Below, one piece after another: positions 1 to 9,462 of a stretch of DNA of 64,000 nucleotides (position 1 is the first letter of the stretch; every line of letters starts with the position of its first letter). The notes under the pieces were generated by a model. That model searched no databases and had not been told where the DNA came from. It worked only from the letters and a program-made list of their open reading frames with translations. The position numbers and the translations under genes are program-made. Location: the NCBI GenBank assembly GCA_965649265.1, contig CBFGKC010000010.1:1292-65291 (forward strand). Direction: 5' to 3'. Source of the DNA: a candidate division WOR-3 bacterium. GTDB lineage: Bacteria > Hydrothermota > Tepidihabitantia > B3-TA06.

Positions 1-591
1 GCGGGGGGGACCCCCTACCGCGAAAGCGATGAGACCTACCTTAATCCCGTTAACCGTGAATGACGCAAAACTTTCGTCCTTGCCTGAATACTTGATTCCC
101 AGGCTGTCGAGTATCTTTTTCGTCTCCCACATTCCCTGGCCGCCGAAATCCATCGAGTGATTGTTGGCAAGTCCCATGACATCAAAACCGGCATCCCCTA
201 GATTCCAGGCAAGTGAGGGGGGACAGCGAAATGCAAAGGTCTTACCGGAACCGAGAGCCTTGGCACATCCCTGGGATGTCGTGATAGGACCTTCGAGATT
301 GCCAAAAGCGATGTCGGCCGCTCGAAGTATAGGTGCCGCGTCTTTAAAGAGAAGTGCACCGTCCTGCTGCGGAAGTCTTGGCGAAGGGAAATCGGTGCCC
401 ATCATTATATCTCCGACCGCAGCTATGGTGAGCGTGCGAGGAGGAGGGGGAGGAGGCAACGTATCAAGCTTGCCCTGGGAATTTTTGAAAATTTTTCCAA
501 CCACACCTGTCGAAGCAAGAACTATGCCGGTAATGCAAAGCACTGCGACAACAATCACACCCACAAGAAACGAGACGCTGCGTTTGCTCAT
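1..591 (-). CDS. CapA-family (poly-gamma-glutamate synthesis / metallophosphoesterase-like) protein, C-terminally truncated by the window edge. Not in the ORF track.
   Basis: Manual translation of the minus strand gives MSKRSVSFLVGVIVVAVLCITGIVLAS (signal peptide or TM) ...TIAAVGDIMMGTDFP...ADIAFGNLEGPIT...GFDVMGLANNHSMDFG, which are the hallmark CapA motifs. The ATG is at 591-589 and the reading frame runs off position 1. The + strand ORF 161..634 is its antisense artefact. Confidence 0.75.
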   Translation of the reverse strand, partial: MSKRSVSFLVGVIVVAVLCITGIVLASTGVVGKIFKNSQGKLDTLPPPPPPRTLTIAAVGDIMMGTDFPSPRLPQQDGALLFKDAAPILRAADIAFGNLEGPITTSQGCAKALGSGKTFAFRCPPSLAWNLGDAGFDVMGLANNHSMDFGGQGMWETKKILDSLGIKYSGKDESFASFTVNGIKVGLIAFAVGGPPR

Positions 592-593
592 CT

Positions 594-1424
594 TCAAAAA
601 TGCTCCTTTCTTTCAAGCCAGAATAATGGGTTGACCGGGACTCCACGCACGTAAACGCTCATGTGCAGATGAGGGCCGGTGGAGAGCCCTGTAGAACCGA
701 CGAATCCTAAAGTGTCTCCGCTTTTTACCTCCATACCTTCTTCGACCATCCTCTTCTTCATGTGACAGAACATTGTCTTGAGACCGGCTCCATGATCGAG
801 TAATACGAACGTGCCATCAAGGATAAACGTATCCCTGGCCATAACGACCTTTCCCGGACAGGGTGCGAGTATCGGGGTATCCTCCCAGACTGCAAAGTCA
901 ACCCCGGAGTGATTCCAAAGTTTTCGGCCTCCTGACCACCGCTCGTCGCCATAAGTACTTGATAACACATCATCACAAGGAAAAATTAACGATGTCAAGG
1001 AGTAAAACCCGCATGAAGGGGCGTTGATCGCGTCATGAGCCTCCCTGTACTCCTTCTCCTTGCGAGCTTGATTAGTTGTATCCAGCGCCGACTGTTTTGA
1101 AGCAGGAAAGTTGATGACGGATTTCTTGAAATCGGACGCGAGGACGTATATCGCGGTATCAACAGTCTCTTCTATATAACTGGCGCCTTTGAAGCTTATC
1201 TTCAAGGATTTCCTTCCTGGATCGGTATTATATGAAGTCCCGATCAATGACAGCCATAGTGAATCGGCAAAAATAACAGGTATGGGCTCCCCCCTGTATT
1301 CGCAGGACAGTATTCCCTGATCCGGGGTCTTGACCTCGAGGTAAACAATCTCACCCTGTTGAATGGTATCATTTGAGAACCTGACGGCCAGTGCGGCCCA
1401 AAATACAAACAAGAACTCAATCAT
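594..1424 (-). CDS. M23 family metallopeptidase (LytM / lysostaphin-like) with an N-terminal non-catalytic region
   Basis: The C-terminal region carries the M23 signature GVDFAV...GKVV...GFVGSTGLSTGPHLHMSVY (HxH metal ligands). Its stop lies 2 bp from the start of the capA-like gene, so the two are probably co-transcribed. Confidence 0.8.
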   Translation of the reverse strand: MIEFLFVFWAALAVRFSNDTIQQGEIVYLEVKTPDQGILSCEYRGEPIPVIFADSLWLSLIGTSYNTDPGRKSLKISFKGASYIEETVDTAIYVLASDFKKSVINFPASKQSALDTTNQARKEKEYREAHDAINAPSCGFYSLTSLIFPCDDVLSSTYGDERWSGGRKLWNHSGVDFAVWEDTPILAPCPGKVVMARDTFILDGTFVLLDHGAGLKTMFCHMKKRMVEEGMEVKSGDTLGFVGSTGLSTGPHLHMSVYVRGVPVNPLFWLERKEHF

Positions 1425-1565
1425 ACCCTAAGTTTACCTGCCGAACGAATTTAGTCAAGTAATCTCTTGCTTTACGCGACTTAACGCATAAATTAAATCT
1501 ATTAAAACTATAAGAATACAGGTAACTCCCATCATCTACTCTTAATACAATAGAGTTAGGACTCC

Positions 1566-1596
1566 TTGACAAAGGCCTTTTTTTCCCTATTATAAT
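1566..1596 (+). promoter_or_regulatory. Sigma-70-like promoter (TTGACA ... TATAAT) followed by an AGGAGG ribosome-binding site
   Basis: TTGACA at 1566-1571 and TATAAT at 1591-1596 (alternatively TATTAT at 1588-1593 with a 16-nt spacer). AGGAGG sits at 1602-1607. Confidence 0.5.
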
Positions 1597-1613
1597 ACCA
1601 AAGGAGGATGTAC

Positions 1614-2171
1614 ATGACTAAGAACTTAAGATTTGTATCATCCATGTTTTTTGCATTCCTCCTCGGATGTTCCGTGGTCAATGTCGGTGGAAATGCAGAA
1701 GATTTTTTCCCTATAAAGGGTGGAAATACGTGGGTTTATGAGGTAACAGAAGGATCAAGGGTAGATACGCTTAGTTGGAAATTCTCTCAGCTTCAGCAAG
1801 ATATTTATATCTGGGAGAATAACAGCAAATTCAATGGAGAAAACACCACTATGGGAGCAACCATAGTCGATGGTATTGAACCATTCGATGATAGCGTCAT
1901 AGTGATTGTTGATTCCATTTTGATTTGGTCAGGAGCCAATACCATTATTCCCCTTGATCCAGAAAACACCAATCAGATCAGCTTACCTCAAGTTAAAACG
2001 AAATATGCGGTTTATGATGATTGTATTTTTGTACAAGGTACTGAGAACGCTGACGGAAAAAGATTCGATGTATGGCTGGCACGAGACATAGGACCTGTAA
2101 AGGTAGAAGAAAAAGAACATGGAAAGCTGGTCAAAGAATTTCATCTACTCGATTTCTATTCAGTAAAATAA
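1614..2171 (+). CDS. Hypothetical secreted protein or lipoprotein
   Basis: N-terminal signal peptide MFFAFLLGCSVVNV with a lipobox-like LGCS. The second ATG (1614) has better spacing from the ribosome-binding site than the track start at 1608. No recognisable domain. Confidence 0.5.
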   Translation: MTKNLRFVSSMFFAFLLGCSVVNVGGNAEDFFPIKGGNTWVYEVTEGSRVDTLSWKFSQLQQDIYIWENNSKFNGENTTMGATIVDGIEPFDDSVIVIVDSILIWSGANTIIPLDPENTNQISLPQVKTKYAVYDDCIFVQGTENADGKRFDVWLARDIGPVKVEEKEHGKLVKEFHLLDFYSVK

Positions 2172-2284
2172 AAAGCCGTTTTAAACTTTCGCATTAAGAA
2201 AGAAGGACAGAGGGAATTTCTGGAGTAACGGGGAATCCTACTTGACGTTGCCTGTCTTATTCCTATAGTAAGTGTATTAAGTAA

Positions 2285-2761
2285 TTGGAGGCGTACATGA
2301 AAAACTGTGATATCCTTAGAAATAGTGAGGTTTTCAATCTGCTTGATGATACCGAGTGTCAGGCAGTGGCCAATCTTGCAGAGATGAGACACATAAATGC
2401 AGGAACTATTCTTGGTCGAGAAGGAGACAAAGGCTTAGAATTCTATCTGGTTACCGACGGTCAACTCGAAATATCTATCAATGCCGCTCTTACCGAACAC
2501 ATGCCTCTAACCATATCTACTGTCGGACCTGGTCAGGTTTCAGGGTGGTCATCAATGTACAGAGATGGAAAACTAACCGCTTCAATAAAGGCAAGTACCG
2601 ACACAACTCTTATGGTCTGGAATGCCTTAAAACTTCATGATTTTCTTATGAAAAACTGTGGCATGGGTTACCGGATCCTGCAACAAATCCTTTCGGTGGT
2701 TTCTCGTCGACTTGTCGATACACGAGTGGCTCTGATGAGTTGCGTCATGGATAACAAGTAA
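2285..2761 (+). CDS. Stand-alone cyclic nucleotide-binding (cNMP / Crp-like effector) domain protein with no DNA-binding domain
   Basis: GTILGREGDKGLEFYLVTDGQLEI ... beta-roll pattern typical of the cNMP-binding fold. The protein is 158 aa and has no helix-turn-helix. Confidence 0.6.
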   Translation: MEAYMKNCDILRNSEVFNLLDDTECQAVANLAEMRHINAGTILGREGDKGLEFYLVTDGQLEISINAALTEHMPLTISTVGPGQVSGWSSMYRDGKLTASIKASTDTTLMVWNALKLHDFLMKNCGMGYRILQQILSVVSRRLVDTRVALMSCVMDNK

Positions 2762-2898
2762 AAGCTGGCTCTTTATCAACACCCTACACTAAACAGCTGT
2801 AGAATATAATTTTTGCAGATAAAAAATTGCTATTTGCCGCAATGCGAAGTAACAAGTGTTACGTTGACAAATTCCTACCTCGTCGTTAAACTTTAATC

Positions 2899-4206
2899 AT
2901 GATATGGATAGAAGAACTCAAGAAACACATCGGTGAAGAAGTAACCCTTAAAGGATGGATTTACAACAGAAGAGACTCCGGTAAGATACGATTTCTATTG
3001 TTAAGAGATGGTACCGGTTTACTCCAGTGCGTTTTTGTCGGTTCTGAGGTAGAAAAAGAAGTATTTGACCTCGCGGATTCGTTGAACCAGGAGGCTGTGG
3101 TTGAGATCAAAGGCAAGGTGAGAGATGATAAAAGGGCTCCTGGTGGAGTAGAACTTACCGCCACATCATTGAAACTCCTGGCCGATTCAATAGACTATCC
3201 CATAACCCCCAAGGAACACGGCATAGATTTTCTTCTATCCCACAGGCATCTCTGGTTTCGTTCACGAAGACAACACGCGCTCCTGAGATGTCGGGATACC
3301 ATGATTCGCGCTTTTCATGATTTTTTCGAAAGTCGCGGATTTACGTTGATAGACCCGCCTATAATCACCCCCACTTCCTGTGAAGGAACAACCGAGCTTT
3401 TTGAGGTTCAGTATTTCGACAGCAAGGCCTACCTTTCACAATCCGGCCAGCTCTACATGGAACCAGCAGCTGCGGCCTTTGGCAAGGTCTACTGCCTTGC
3501 GCCTTCCTTCAGAGCCGAGAAATCCAAGACCCGTCGCCACCTGACTGAGTTCTGGCATCTTGAACCTGAGGTTGCCTTCTTGGATCTTGACGGCGATATG
3601 GAACTCGCGGAGGATATGCTTTTGTTTGTGGTCAAGAGGTTGCTCGAAAAGAGGCAGGAGGAGCTAAAACTCCTCGGGGATAAAGTGGAAGAGTTCAAGA
3701 GACATATGGACTTACTTACCAATCTCGATACCCCCTTCTATAGACTTTCTTATTCGCAAGCGATCGAACTACTCAATCGAAAAGGTATAATGATGGAATG
3801 GGGTGAGAAGTTCGGAGCCGATGAGGAAGCTGTAATCTCCAGGGAATTCGACAGGCCCGTATTTGTCCATCACTACCCTAAGGCCTCCGCTCCCTTTTAC
3901 ATGAAGGAGGATCCGGACGACCCTAAGGTCGTTAAAAACTTCGACCTGCTCGCACCGGAAGGGTACGGTGAAATCATTGGAGGCTCTCAACGAGAGGATG
4001 ATCTCGGCAAGCTCGAGAAATCGATTGAGCATCACAAACTTCCAAAGGAACCTCTAGAGTGGTATCTTGACTTGAGAAGATACGGAACCTTTGAACACTC
4101 GGGATTCGGCATCGGTATGGAACGTACGCTAGCCTGGATAACCGGGATTCACCATATCCGCGAAACCATCCCATATCCGAGATTGATGGACAGAATCAAT
4201 CCATAG
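2899..4206 (+). CDS. asnS: Asparaginyl-tRNA synthetase (class IIb)
   Basis: [24 protein letters not shown] closely matches the AsnRS motif 2 (E. coli [24 protein letters not shown]). GGSQRED and the motif 3 segment [27 protein letters not shown] are also present. The 435-aa length fits AsnRS or archaeal-type AspRS, and the motif 2 wording favours AsnRS. Confidence 0.75.
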   Translation: MIWIEELKKHIGEEVTLKGWIYNRRDSGKIRFLLLRDGTGLLQCVFVGSEVEKEVFDLADSLNQEAVVEIKGKVRDDKRAPGGVELTATSLKLLADSIDYPITPKEHGIDFLLSHRHLWFRSRRQHALLRCRDTMIRAFHDFFESRGFTLIDPPIITPTSCEGTTELFEVQYFDSKAYLSQSGQLYMEPAAAAFGKVYCLAPSFRAEKSKTRRHLTEFWHLEPEVAFLDLDGDMELAEDMLLFVVKRLLEKRQEELKLLGDKVEEFKRHMDLLTNLDTPFYRLSYSQAIELLNRKGIMMEWGEKFGADEEAVISREFDRPVFVHHYPKASAPFYMKEDPDDPKVVKNFDLLAPEGYGEIIGGSQREDDLGKLEKSIEHHKLPKEPLEWYLDLRRYGTFEHSGFGIGMERTLAWITGIHHIRETIPYPRLMDRINP

Positions 4207-4342
4207 ATCCTCTAAACAATCGACTGGACCGATCAAATCATGAATTAATTGCGTTTGATTTGGTTCGCAAAAATATTTTGATATTTAAAATGTCTGCTTT
4301 GCGAATCGTATGCTTGACTAACTACGTTGCACCGGCAAATAC

Positions 4343-4370
4343 TTGACATGACTTCCATGGGGCTTATAAT
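4343..4370 (+). promoter_or_regulatory. Strong sigma-70-like promoter for the ABC / G3E / Fe-S operon
   Basis: TTGACA at 4343-4348, a 16-nt spacer, then TATAAT at 4365-4370. A GAGGTGA ribosome-binding site sits 6 nt before the ATG at 4408. Confidence 0.6.
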
Positions 4371-4407
4371 TCTTGCATTGAATTCGACTAATCCTGAGGT
4401 GAAATTT

Positions 4408-5178
4408 ATGCAAGACATCAGAGAGATGACAATTTTGTGCGGTATTGATAAGAATGGGAACATGGAGGATGTTGAAAAAATTAGCATTTGCCAAGGTGAA
4501 ATTATCGGCATCGTTGGTCCGACCGGGTCCGGAAAAACAACCCTGATATCTGATATCGAACAACTGGCACAGGGGGATACCCCTTCCAGACGCAAAATCC
4601 TAATTAACGGGAACGAACCTGATAGAATCATGCGAACCGATCCTAGAAAAAAAAGAATTGCGCAGCTCTCGCAGAATATGCATTTCCTTGCGGACATGAC
4701 TGTCGAAGAATTTATTAAAATGCATGCCAAGAGCAGAAATCGCAACTCGGATACCGTTGACAGGGTAATCAGCATCGCGAACACTCTTACTGGCGAGGCC
4801 ATACATCCCAATCATCAACTTACGATATTGAGTGGAGGACAATCACGGGCCCTGATGGTCGCAGACATCGCAGTTGTCAGCAATTCCCCTATCGTTCTGA
4901 TTGACGAAATCGAAAATGCCGGGATAAAAAAACACGAGGCGCTGAAGCTATTGACCGCAGAGGGAAAGATAGTTCTCGTCGTGACGCATGACCCGTTGCT
5001 CGCGCTTATGACAAAACGCAGGATTGTCATGCGGAACGGTGGAATTCGCAAGGTTATTACGACTTCCACACGCGAAACGAACGTGTGTGCAGAACTAGCA
5101 AAACTTGATAATTACATGATGTCCTTGAGGAATACTATCCGTCACGGTGGATTGGTAGAGGAAACGGGCGCGGCGTGA
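4408..5178 (+). CDS. Divergent stand-alone ABC-type ATPase (nucleotide-binding domain only, no transmembrane domain)
   Basis: Walker [11 protein letters not shown]-loop, signature LSGGQ, Walker B LIDE and the H-loop VVTHD are all present. The segment after LSGGQ ([11 protein letters not shown]) departs from the transporter consensus. The track ORF start at 4327 would run through the promoter, so the start is placed at 4408. Confidence 0.75.
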   Translation: MQDIREMTILCGIDKNGNMEDVEKISICQGEIIGIVGPTGSGKTTLISDIEQLAQGDTPSRRKILINGNEPDRIMRTDPRKKRIAQLSQNMHFLADMTVEEFIKMHAKSRNRNSDTVDRVISIANTLTGEAIHPNHQLTILSGGQSRALMVADIAVVSNSPIVLIDEIENAGIKKHEALKLLTAEGKIVLVVTHDPLLALMTKRRIVMRNGGIRKVITTSTRETNVCAELAKLDNYMMSLRNTIRHGGLVEETGAA

Positions 5179-5873
5179 AGCTCGTAGTGGTAGCGGGAAC
5201 TCCGGGGTCAGGAAAAACGTCAGTACTAATGCATACCATTAAATCTCTAAAAACCTGTGGAATTTCCCCTGCCGTTGTCAAGATTGACTGTCTCTGGACT
5301 GACGACGATAAAAGATTTAACCGGCTCGGAATACCGGTTCGCACCGGGCTGGCCAAGGATATGTGCCCCGATCACTTCGCGATATACAATACCGACAATA
5401 TGCTCAAATGGGCCGAAAGTCTTGACGCTAATGTGCTTTTCAACGAAACGGCCGGACTTTGTCTGAGGTGTGCCCCTTACCCGGATGGTTGCATCGCCGT
5501 TTGCGTAATAGATGTAACTACAGGACCAAATACACCCTTGAAGGTCGGACCCATGCTGACTACTGCCGACGTTGTTGTCGCCACAAAAGGAGATATCGTC
5601 TCCCAGGCCGAACGTGAAGTCTTCAGAGAACGTGTGCATGAAGTAAACCAAAAATGCAGGATAATTGAAGCTAATGGGCTTTCAGGGCAGGGAGCAGCTG
5701 AACTCGCCGAGGTTATTATGGAATTACCTGACCTTCCGAAGGAACTGTCTTTGAGACACAATGCTCCGCTCGCCATATGTACTCTTTGCACCGGCGAGAC
5801 AAGATTGGCAAAAGAACACCACATTGGTGTTCTTCGGCATATCGACGGTTTCACCGAATACAAAGGCGAATGA
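5175..5873 (+). CDS. HypB / UreG-like G3E-family P-loop GTPase, divergent, with a Cys-containing C-terminal tail
   Basis: P-loop GTPGSGKTS. The pattern matches HypB: [14 protein letters not shown] (compare IEGDQQT.NDA.RI), LAKDMCPDH (compare GKGCHLDAH) and [10 protein letters not shown] (compare ENVGNLVCP). G4 reads TKGD rather than NKxD. The tail contains CTLCTGE. The start overlaps the ABC ATPase stop in an ATGA arrangement. Confidence 0.65.
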   Translation: MKLVVVAGTPGSGKTSVLMHTIKSLKTCGISPAVVKIDCLWTDDDKRFNRLGIPVRTGLAKDMCPDHFAIYNTDNMLKWAESLDANVLFNETAGLCLRCAPYPDGCIAVCVIDVTTGPNTPLKVGPMLTTADVVVATKGDIVSQAEREVFRERVHEVNQKCRIIEANGLSGQGAAELAEVIMELPDLPKELSLRHNAPLAICTLCTGETRLAKEHHIGVLRHIDGFTEYKGE

Positions 5874-6514
5874 TGCCTGATATAATCGATCTTCTTCCTG
5901 GATACAACTGCGGCGAGTGTGGTTCGCGGCAGTGCAGGGATTTCAGGGACGAGTTATTTGAAGGCAAGGCCAGCCTTTCCGACTGCCCGCATCTCGAATC
6001 AGAAAGGTTCAGGGCGAATACCCCGGAAATTCTCAAACTGCTTGGTTCGCAACGAACCACGGACAAAACAATTCGAGGAGTAATAGACGGCCTTGTGGCC
6101 GATTTCACTATTGCCCCCCTCCCTGGTGAATCTTCGTGCCGCGAGGATCTCTATCCTTTCGACCGGAATGTGGATGTTGATGCCTTGAAGGGAAAATTCG
6201 TACGCTACAGACCGCTTGGCTGCCCGGTTACCCATTTTGCTAAAGTCATCGAGGCAAGGAAAGGAATCCTGACCGTTCATCTTGTAGGCCCAATAAACAG
6301 GTTACGGGAGGACAAGGTAGAGCTTGTGGATATAGGAATCTGCATGGTTGCCGCCTTCGACGGTGTCGTTGGAAAGGGTAAGATACCCAGGGTAGGCCAG
6401 ACGGTGAAATTTGTGCCCGAACACTGCATGATGCAGAAGGTTCATTCAGGAGTCATAGTACATTCTGAGGGTTCAAGGGTGAGAATAGAGGGGATAGACC
6501 TGAAAGTCTTCTAG
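5870..6514 (+). CDS. RnfB-type N-terminal 4Cys Fe-S domain protein with an uncharacterised C-terminal domain
   Basis: [14 protein letters not shown]-x16-C reproduces the C-x2-C-x4-C-x16-C spacing of the Fe-S domain found at the N-terminus of RnfB (LPQSQCGQCGYPGC...). The ATG overlaps the TGA of the upstream GTPase. The track start at 5777 is an upstream over-extension. Confidence 0.6.
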   Translation: MMPDIIDLLPGYNCGECGSRQCRDFRDELFEGKASLSDCPHLESERFRANTPEILKLLGSQRTTDKTIRGVIDGLVADFTIAPLPGESSCREDLYPFDRNVDVDALKGKFVRYRPLGCPVTHFAKVIEARKGILTVHLVGPINRLREDKVELVDIGICMVAAFDGVVGKGKIPRVGQTVKFVPEHCMMQKVHSGVIVHSEGSRVRIEGIDLKVF

Positions 6515-6560
6515 GCCAACATCACCTTTCAAGTAAAATCGGACACCGTTTGAAAAGAGG

Positions 6561-6616
6561 GGCGATTCCTTGACGGTTTTGAGTCAATCGCCTCCCAGCG
6601 CCGGGCGGTTTTTTTA
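6561..6616 (+). terminator. Candidate rho-independent terminator after the Fe-S gene: GC-rich hairpins followed by T7
   Basis: ggcgatt...aatcgcc stem, then ccagcgccgggcgg followed by ttttttt (6609-6615). Confidence 0.4.
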
Positions 6617-6771
6617 CTGGAATCTAATCACATGGATATTTCCAATATTGTTTTCTGAAAGATACGGATGAGGATTGCTTGCAATAAATCCCAGGCGAAG
6701 CGGAGGGTTGCCAAATCCGGATTGAGGCTTATAGTTAGTAAGAATTTAAAACTTTGATATTGAGGAGTTCT

Positions 6772-7140
6772 ATGACCTGGCTTGCATATCTCGGGATAGG
6801 GGCGGTGGGACTTGCTGCAGGTGTACTTTCAGGGCTTTTCGGAATTGGCGGCGGAACCGTAATAATACCGGCCCTGGTAATGATTCTGGGGTTTTCTCAA
6901 CACAAGGCCCAGGGGACATCTCTTGCAGCGCTCGTTTTACCCGTTGGAATACTCGGTGTCATTCGCTACTGGAAAGCGGGCGAGGTTGATCTAATCGCAG
7001 GCATCATTATTGCGGCAGGTTTGTTTGTTGGAGCGTATTTCGGTGCAGGATGGGCCGTTGAAATAAGTGATATCTGGCTTAAACGAGCTTTTGGAATTTT
7101 TTTCATCCTTCTGGGTCTCAAGTACATAATCTTTCCATAA
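6772..7140 (+). CDS. TSUP (TauE/SafE-like) small membrane protein, a half-size 4-TM unit
   Basis: GIGGGTVIIPALV motif and four predicted hydrophobic helices. A GAGGAG ribosome-binding site precedes the ATG at 6772. Confidence 0.6.
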   Translation: MTWLAYLGIGAVGLAAGVLSGLFGIGGGTVIIPALVMILGFSQHKAQGTSLAALVLPVGILGVIRYWKAGEVDLIAGIIIAAGLFVGAYFGAGWAVEISDIWLKRAFGIFFILLGLKYIIFP

Positions 7141-7149
7141 GATCAAAGG

Positions 7150-7188
7150 TAAAGAAAAAGGGGAGACGTTTGAACAACGTCTCCCCTA
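7150..7188 (-). terminator. Hairpin terminator between the convergent TSUP and ctp genes
   Basis: ggggagacgtt-tgaac-aacgtctcccc forms a perfect 11-bp stem. The flanking A-run on the + strand gives a T-run for the minus-strand transcript. Confidence 0.55.
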
Positions 7189-7203
7189 CATCCTATTAAT
7201 CTT

Positions 7204-8733
7204 CTACTTTGCGTAGCTGAAAAGCTCGGATGCCTTCTGGGTCTTTGAAAGTATCTCGAGCGCCTTTTTGACCACAGGATCCTCGGAAAGTATTATCTTG
7301 TACTCACCGTCGGTTCCCCATTTTTGTGCGGCCATCTCTATTTTCAAGCGCAGGGTCATCTGGTCCTTGGCCTTTTGGTACTCCTCATCGGTAAATTCCA
7401 CTTCCCGCTTGCGGGCTTCCGCCGCCAGACCCTTGAGCATCTCATCATCCACAACGAAATCCTGTTCGATATCGGGATGCTTGGAGAAGTAATCAACCGC
7501 ATAGAAGAAGAATATCCTCTTACCGAGGAATTTCGCAACCAGGGAATTCACGGATTCACCCGTAACGTAGACGTCCGGAGCTATTCCGCCGCCGCCGTAA
7601 ATCGGTCGCTTCTGTTTTCCGAGCGTTTTATAGGTGGCAGAGACATTCTTCTTGTCATTCGTGGTATCCTGCTCCTGGCTCTTGTTGATGCAACGACCAG
7701 AGGGTGTATACCAGTAGGCGGTCGTCAATTTGAGGTAACCGGAATCAGGGAGGGGGTGGATTGTCTGAACCGAACCCTTGCCGTAAGTCGTGTCGCCGAC
7801 GATGAGGGCGCGTTCCCAATCCTGCAGGGCGCCTGCAAGGATCTCGGCCGCCGAGGCCGATCCCCTGTCTGTGAGAACCACGAGAGGGTAGTCGGAACCG
7901 TAAAGAGGATCATCGTGCGAGCGATATGTCCTGAAGCTCTGGGGCACGCGACCCCTGGTTTGAACTATCTCCAGGTCACGGGGAAGGAAAAGACTTGATA
8001 CGTCAACACCCTCGCCAAGATAGCCGCCGCCGTTTGAACGGATGTCGAGAATGACCTTCTTCGCACCCTCTTTCTCGAAGAGAGAATCAAGTGCACCTTT
8101 CATCTCGTCCAGGGCCGTGCGAGAGAATTTGATGAAGCGAATGTAGCCGACGTCAGGGGATAGCTTGCTGACGTTGTTTACCGCATTTAGTTTGATTAGA
8201 TCCCTAGTGATAGTGAGCTTCATGGGCTCATCCATGCCGTGTCTCATTATCTTGATGGTGACCTGGGTACCCGGGGTACCGCGCAGCTTGGAAATTGCCT
8301 TGTCGGTGGTTATGCCTTCGGTGGATTCGCCGTTTATTTCGATTATCCAATCGCCCGACTGAAGACCCGCTCTCGCCGCCGGGGTTCCTTCCATGGGCGA
8401 GATGACGGTCAGCCAGCCGTCCGTCATGCCTATCTCTATTCCCAGTCCGCCGAACTCACCTTCCATTGTTATGCTGAGTCCTTCATACTCTTTGGGACTC
8501 ATGTACATGCTGTAAGGATCAAGTTCCTGAAGCATTCCGTTCATGGCGTCCTGGATCATCTGATTAAGATCAACGTCCTTGACGTATGTGTCTCTCGTAA
8601 TTTGAAGGACGCGTTGAAAGACTTCAAGCGAGGTATAGATGTTTGTCTTATCCGCCCACAGACGCGATCCGACCCACGTGGCTGAAAGCAGTACTATTGA
8701 AAGTATGCCTATGGTAAGTCTGCCTTTTTTCAT
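7204..8733 (-). CDS. ctpA: Carboxy-terminal processing (tail-specific) protease, S41 family, with a PDZ domain
   Basis: PDZ segment GIEIGMTDGWLTVISPMEGTPAARAGLQSGDWIIEINGE. S41 catalytic region TDRGSASAAEILAGALQDW...GDTTYGKGSVQ (Ser/Lys dyad context). Confidence 0.85.
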   Translation of the reverse strand: MKKGRLTIGILSIVLLSATWVGSRLWADKTNIYTSLEVFQRVLQITRDTYVKDVDLNQMIQDAMNGMLQELDPYSMYMSPKEYEGLSITMEGEFGGLGIEIGMTDGWLTVISPMEGTPAARAGLQSGDWIIEINGESTEGITTDKAISKLRGTPGTQVTIKIMRHGMDEPMKLTITRDLIKLNAVNNVSKLSPDVGYIRFIKFSRTALDEMKGALDSLFEKEGAKKVILDIRSNGGGYLGEGVDVSSLFLPRDLEIVQTRGRVPQSFRTYRSHDDPLYGSDYPLVVLTDRGSASAAEILAGALQDWERALIVGDTTYGKGSVQTIHPLPDSGYLKLTTAYWYTPSGRCINKSQEQDTTNDKKNVSATYKTLGKQKRPIYGGGGIAPDVYVTGESVNSLVAKFLGKRIFFFYAVDYFSKHPDIEQDFVVDDEMLKGLAAEARKREVEFTDEEYQKAKDQMTLRLKIEMAAQKWGTDGEYKIILSEDPVVKKALEILSKTQKASELFSYAK

Positions 8734-9365
8734 AAAATCCCCTTTCCGGCCAGAAATTTCTTTACCGCCTTATTTATTTCTTCGTGAAGCATCATTTTCT
8801 CCTTTGCGCCGTCATAGACGCTGATCCTTGAAGGTGCGCGCCGTGCGTAGTAGAGATAGGTTTCGCGCACCCTCTTGTGAAATTCCAACCCTGCCTTCTC
8901 CAACCTGTCGAAAGGCCTGTCCAATCTCCTGAAGGCGTCTTCGACATCAAGATCGACAAGTATGTTCAAATCAGGTTCAAGACCTCCTGTTGCAAACTTG
9001 ACGAGCCTGGCTACGGTCTTTGCATCTAATTTCCTGCCGCCGGTTTGATATGCCAGCGTTGAAAGGGTAAAACGATCGCAAATGACGACCGCTTTCTCCT
9101 CAAAGAGCTTACGCCTGATCCGCTTATTCACATGCTCCGCACGAGAAGCAAGATAAAGCAGAAGCTCGGTCCGCGGATGCATCTCTTCGAGAGACGCATC
9201 AAGCAGAAGCTTGCGTATGCGCTCGGCAACCTCCGTTCCTCCGGGTTCTCTCGTAAAATCGACGTTAAGGCCTTCTCCCGATAGTGACTCTCTAAGGAGC
9301 TCGGCCTGCGTAGTCTTGCCCGATCCTTCAATCCCTTCGAACGCAATAAAAACTCCCCTCTTCAA
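8730..9365 (-). CDS. tmk: Thymidylate kinase
   Basis: IAFEGIEGSGKTTQAELL P-loop and DRFTLSTLAYQ. There is a 4-bp overlap with ctpA. Confidence 0.9.
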   Translation of the reverse strand: MKRGVFIAFEGIEGSGKTTQAELLRESLSGEGLNVDFTREPGGTEVAERIRKLLLDASLEEMHPRTELLLYLASRAEHVNKRIRRKLFEEKAVVICDRFTLSTLAYQTGGRKLDAKTVARLVKFATGGLEPDLNILVDLDVEDAFRRLDRPFDRLEKAGLEFHKRVRETYLYYARRAPSRISVYDGAKEKMMLHEEINKAVKKFLAGKGIL

Positions 9366-9462
9366 TCTTTCCTCTTGAATGAGTTAATTATGGAATGAAA
9401 GAGCCGACGGTCAAGGCGAATCTCGGAAAAAGGACGCAAAGAAAGACCACAAGGAGAATTCA

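Noticed and set aside
161-634. 157-aa + strand ORF with a Gly6 run
   Set aside because: It is the antisense of the capA-like gene, whose minus-strand frame carries clear family motifs. The ORF has no ribosome-binding site and low-complexity content.
2762-2898. Possible promoter TTGACA-N17-TAAACT upstream of asnS, and a similar TTGACC-N16-TAAACT at 48023-48050 upstream of the BNR gene
   Set aside because: These were not listed as features. Both share a non-canonical -10 element (TAAACT), and I cannot distinguish real promoters from chance matches without transcript data. They are noted only as weak candidates.
4245-4811. 188-aa minus-strand ORF overlapping the promoter and 5' part of the ABC ATPase gene
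   Set aside because: It lies antisense to a well-supported gene and runs through the promoter. It has a hydrophobic low-complexity translation and no motifs.
7324-7998. 224-aa + strand ORF inside ctpA
   Set aside because: Antisense shadow ORF. ctpA on the minus strand has full S41/PDZ motifs.
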